In this document: piece by piece, positions 61,591 to 64,000 of the stretch
Layout of the letters: each line of letters opens with the position of its first letter
Position numbering within the stretch: position 1 is the first letter of the stretch
NCBI GenBank assembly: GCA_026770705.1
Contig: JANJGN010000140.1
Coordinates: 186,001-250,000, forward strand
DNA from: Isurus oxyrinchus
Taxonomy: Eukaryota
Reading direction: 5' to 3'
Length of the DNA: 64,000 nucleotides
Translations under genes and position numbers: made by a program
Notes under the pieces: model-generated
The model's input: the letters and a program-made list of their open reading frames with translations, nothing else
Told to the model about the DNA's origin: nothing
Database searches by the model: none

Positions 61591-63706
61591 TATTACACTT
61601 GATGTCTTATAGGATTATAGACAAGACCTCCTGCAATGACAACCGAGAGGGAGTCTAACATAATACTATGAATGGTGTGATCTCGGCAAGTCATTACTGG
61701 ACATGGCTTAGAAGAATGCAGCAGTAAATGAGACAGGGTCAATGTGATATATATGCGTCACCCAATGCAGTAATAACTTAATAACCGGTGCAATCTAAAT
61801 AATGACATGGTCTAGCTTAATGTTGGCAGACGCAGGATTGAGTGTAGTATAAACAGGGATATGATATGTTGTAATATACACTGTAACAAAGATGAACAAT
61901 GACATTGTCTAGAGGAGTAATACTAACTTAAAAAAGGTCTAGCGTAATGGAAACAACCGCATAGACATCGACATAGACATAGAAAGGGACTCCTGTCATA
62001 TAAACAGAGACAAGATCGAGTGCAATAACAATTGAGACAGGGTCAATTGCTATACAGCCAGAGATAGAATCTTGTGCAATGATTACTTGGATAGATGGCC
62101 ATTTTATAATCAAGAAGTAGTGGACTAGAACAATCATAATCAGGCCCTGGTGAAACAGTAAATGAGACAGAGCATACTGTAATAATCAAGGAGCCAGAGA
62201 CTAATGAAATAATAGTGAGGCTCTGTAGAAACATAACCACAGGCAGAAAGTAATGTGGTAATCGAGGAGACAGGGACTAATGAAATAATAAACAGGGTCT
62301 AGCCAAATATTATCAGAGTCACACCGATGTCTATCTATCAACGACAAATGGCAGAAAATAATAATCAAGACCAGGCAACACACTAACAGAGGCAGAGTCT
62401 CGTGCCACAATCAAGGGCAGGATTAGTACAATTATAATCCGGACCTGTTGAAACACGAACAGAGGCTCAAACTTCATTGCAAGTTTAATCTCACGATTTA
62501 GTTTCTGCGCAAATGGTGCCTAAAGCTATGACTTCTCTGGTAAGTTCCATGCTGATCTGTAAATCGCTCGGCAGGAAAACGGGTATTTAAAATTTGAGAT
62601 AAGCAGTTGTTTTGCCCAGAGATAAAACAGTAACCAATTTATAACGAACCTGGTGGATATTAGCACAAAATGGTAAACAACGGGCACTATGATGAGAGTC
62701 ACGTATTTGGGTGAATATTTGGACATTGCGGACGCCCTGTTTGCTGGAATGTCAATAAGAATATCGAATATCGACTAGTTCTGTGTGACTTCCCGTCTGC
62801 CTTGCTTGTGCGCCGCACAGTCAGCCTTTTTTGTGCGGCCAGACGCTATCGGGAATTCCCCGTTTTTTCCGTTATTGACATGTCTAGGTCTGCCTGTAAT
62901 ATTGCACAGTCCCTTTCCCATGATCTCTGTCATGTCCTGGATTCTTTACTCGCAGACTCTGTCACTGTTAATGATAAGTCTGAATATTACAGAACTGGAA
63001 ATCAATCCTCACTGAATTGAATCATCATTTTAAATGCAAAACAGAGAAGGGAAGCGTTTGTTTAAATGAGAGAGGGGTGTTGTTTTTCGCGTATGTTGTA
63101 TATATCTTCCTGGATGTTGTCAATGGGCTGTATCATATTGCAAGCTGATCATCAGCTGCTGGACTGAGGTCAGGCATTTAACCCAGATCCCGTCAACTCC
63201 TTCAGGGTGTTAATGAATTCCCTGCAGTATTGCAATGAGTGGAAATAAGACCACACAGTAAATACACATGGAACCACCTCCCAGCTCCTTACTACAGGGG
63301 GAAGGAGGGCAGCAGCACCTACTGACAGAACCACACCCATCTCACACCGCCCTGTTCAACAGAGAAATGTGAAGGGGATTTAACATCCAGCTCCAATGAA
63401 GCAAGAGATAGCTGTAAGCTTCCCTCATTCAGCCTGAGAGTTATTCACACAACACACAACCAGAGACCGTGTATCCGTGCGGCCCACCACTGATCTCGCG
63501 GACACTGCCCTCTGCAAATCAGCATTAGCCCACATTAAGCAGGGCATCCCAAACTGCGTGTCACGCGACACCCAGTGGGGTTACGAGGCCGGATTCGTGG
63601 GTCGTGAGTTCCGAAGCAGCAACAGACTGAGTGCAACAGCTCCGCCCCCTTTGAACCCTTGATTTAATTAAATGGCAGGCGTGGCCTAATTTTCGTGCCT
63701 AAAATC

Positions 63707-63803
63707 TTTCAGTCCAGCTCTGAGGTCCGGCCTCCCAATGCAGTCCAGGACTGCAGTCTAGAACTCCCAGTCATATAAACCCCCAGCTCCAGGCAGCAGA
63801 ACG
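63707..63803 (+). promoter_or_regulatory. Promoter of NAR-type V3 (TATAAA 63774-63779)
   Basis: Homologous to 3930-4026. Confidence 0.65.
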
Positions 63804-63846
63804 ATGGGAATCCACTTTGTTTTCACTCTGTGTGTCTGTTTACCCC
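63804..63846 (+). CDS. Leader exon of a third NAR-TCR V (MGIHFVFTLCVCLP)
   Basis: Intact ATG and GTGAGT donor; intron homologous to that of V1. Confidence 0.88.
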
Positions 63847-63988
63847 GTGAGTACCGATCACACAAACCGACATTATGTGGATGTCATATAAAGCTGCCCG
63901 GGTCCATCCCAATTACAGACAGGGGGTTTGACCCGGTTCTGTGATTCGGCTCTGATGGTCCATGAAACTATCTCTGTTTAATTTCCAG

Positions 63989-64000
63989 GAGATTTCAGTC
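63989..64000 (+). CDS. Start of the third NAR-TCR V exon (runs off window)
   Basis: Acceptor TTTCCAG, then (R)DFSQ, homologous to the V1 and V2 starts. Confidence 0.75.

Noticed and set aside
62526-62726. Minus ORF as exon 1 of the second GPCR pseudogene
   Set aside because: No clear similarity to exon 1 at 18563-18632 and no convincing donor.

Overview
Vertebrate genomic DNA that is almost certainly from a cartilaginous fish (shark-type NAR V domains, abundant CR1 LINEs). It covers part of the T-cell receptor delta/alpha V region carrying NAR-TCR cassettes. On the + strand there is an unrearranged NAR-type L-V-(23RSS)/(12)D(12)/(23)J cassette at 4027-5345. Next is a second NAR-type V already joined in frame to D and J in the genome (10035-10379), whose promoter and leader are broken but whose exon and splice sites are intact. 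Then comes a leaderless 'supporting' TCR-delta V (14251-14556) followed by a tandem array of about 7 23-RSS copies. All three V exons are splice phase 1, and their extra cysteines pair up as a ladder. This predicts a TCR-delta chain with three stacked V domains (rearranged NAR V + fixed NAR V + V-delta), which is the main finding and is an inference. On the - strand there is an intact IgH-type L-VH-D-J cassette (37852-39189) with no recognisable constant exon, followed by a decayed TCR V that retains its 23-RSS. The window also holds another TCR V pseudogene (~51.9-52.1 kb), the leader and start of a third NAR V (63804 onward), two GPR139/142-like GPCR pseudogenes, many CR1/Tx1/RTE/Penelope remnants (one with an intact minimal hammerhead ribozyme), SINEs, CRE clusters and CTCF-like motifs. 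Coordinates were counted by hand; repeat boundaries are approximate.
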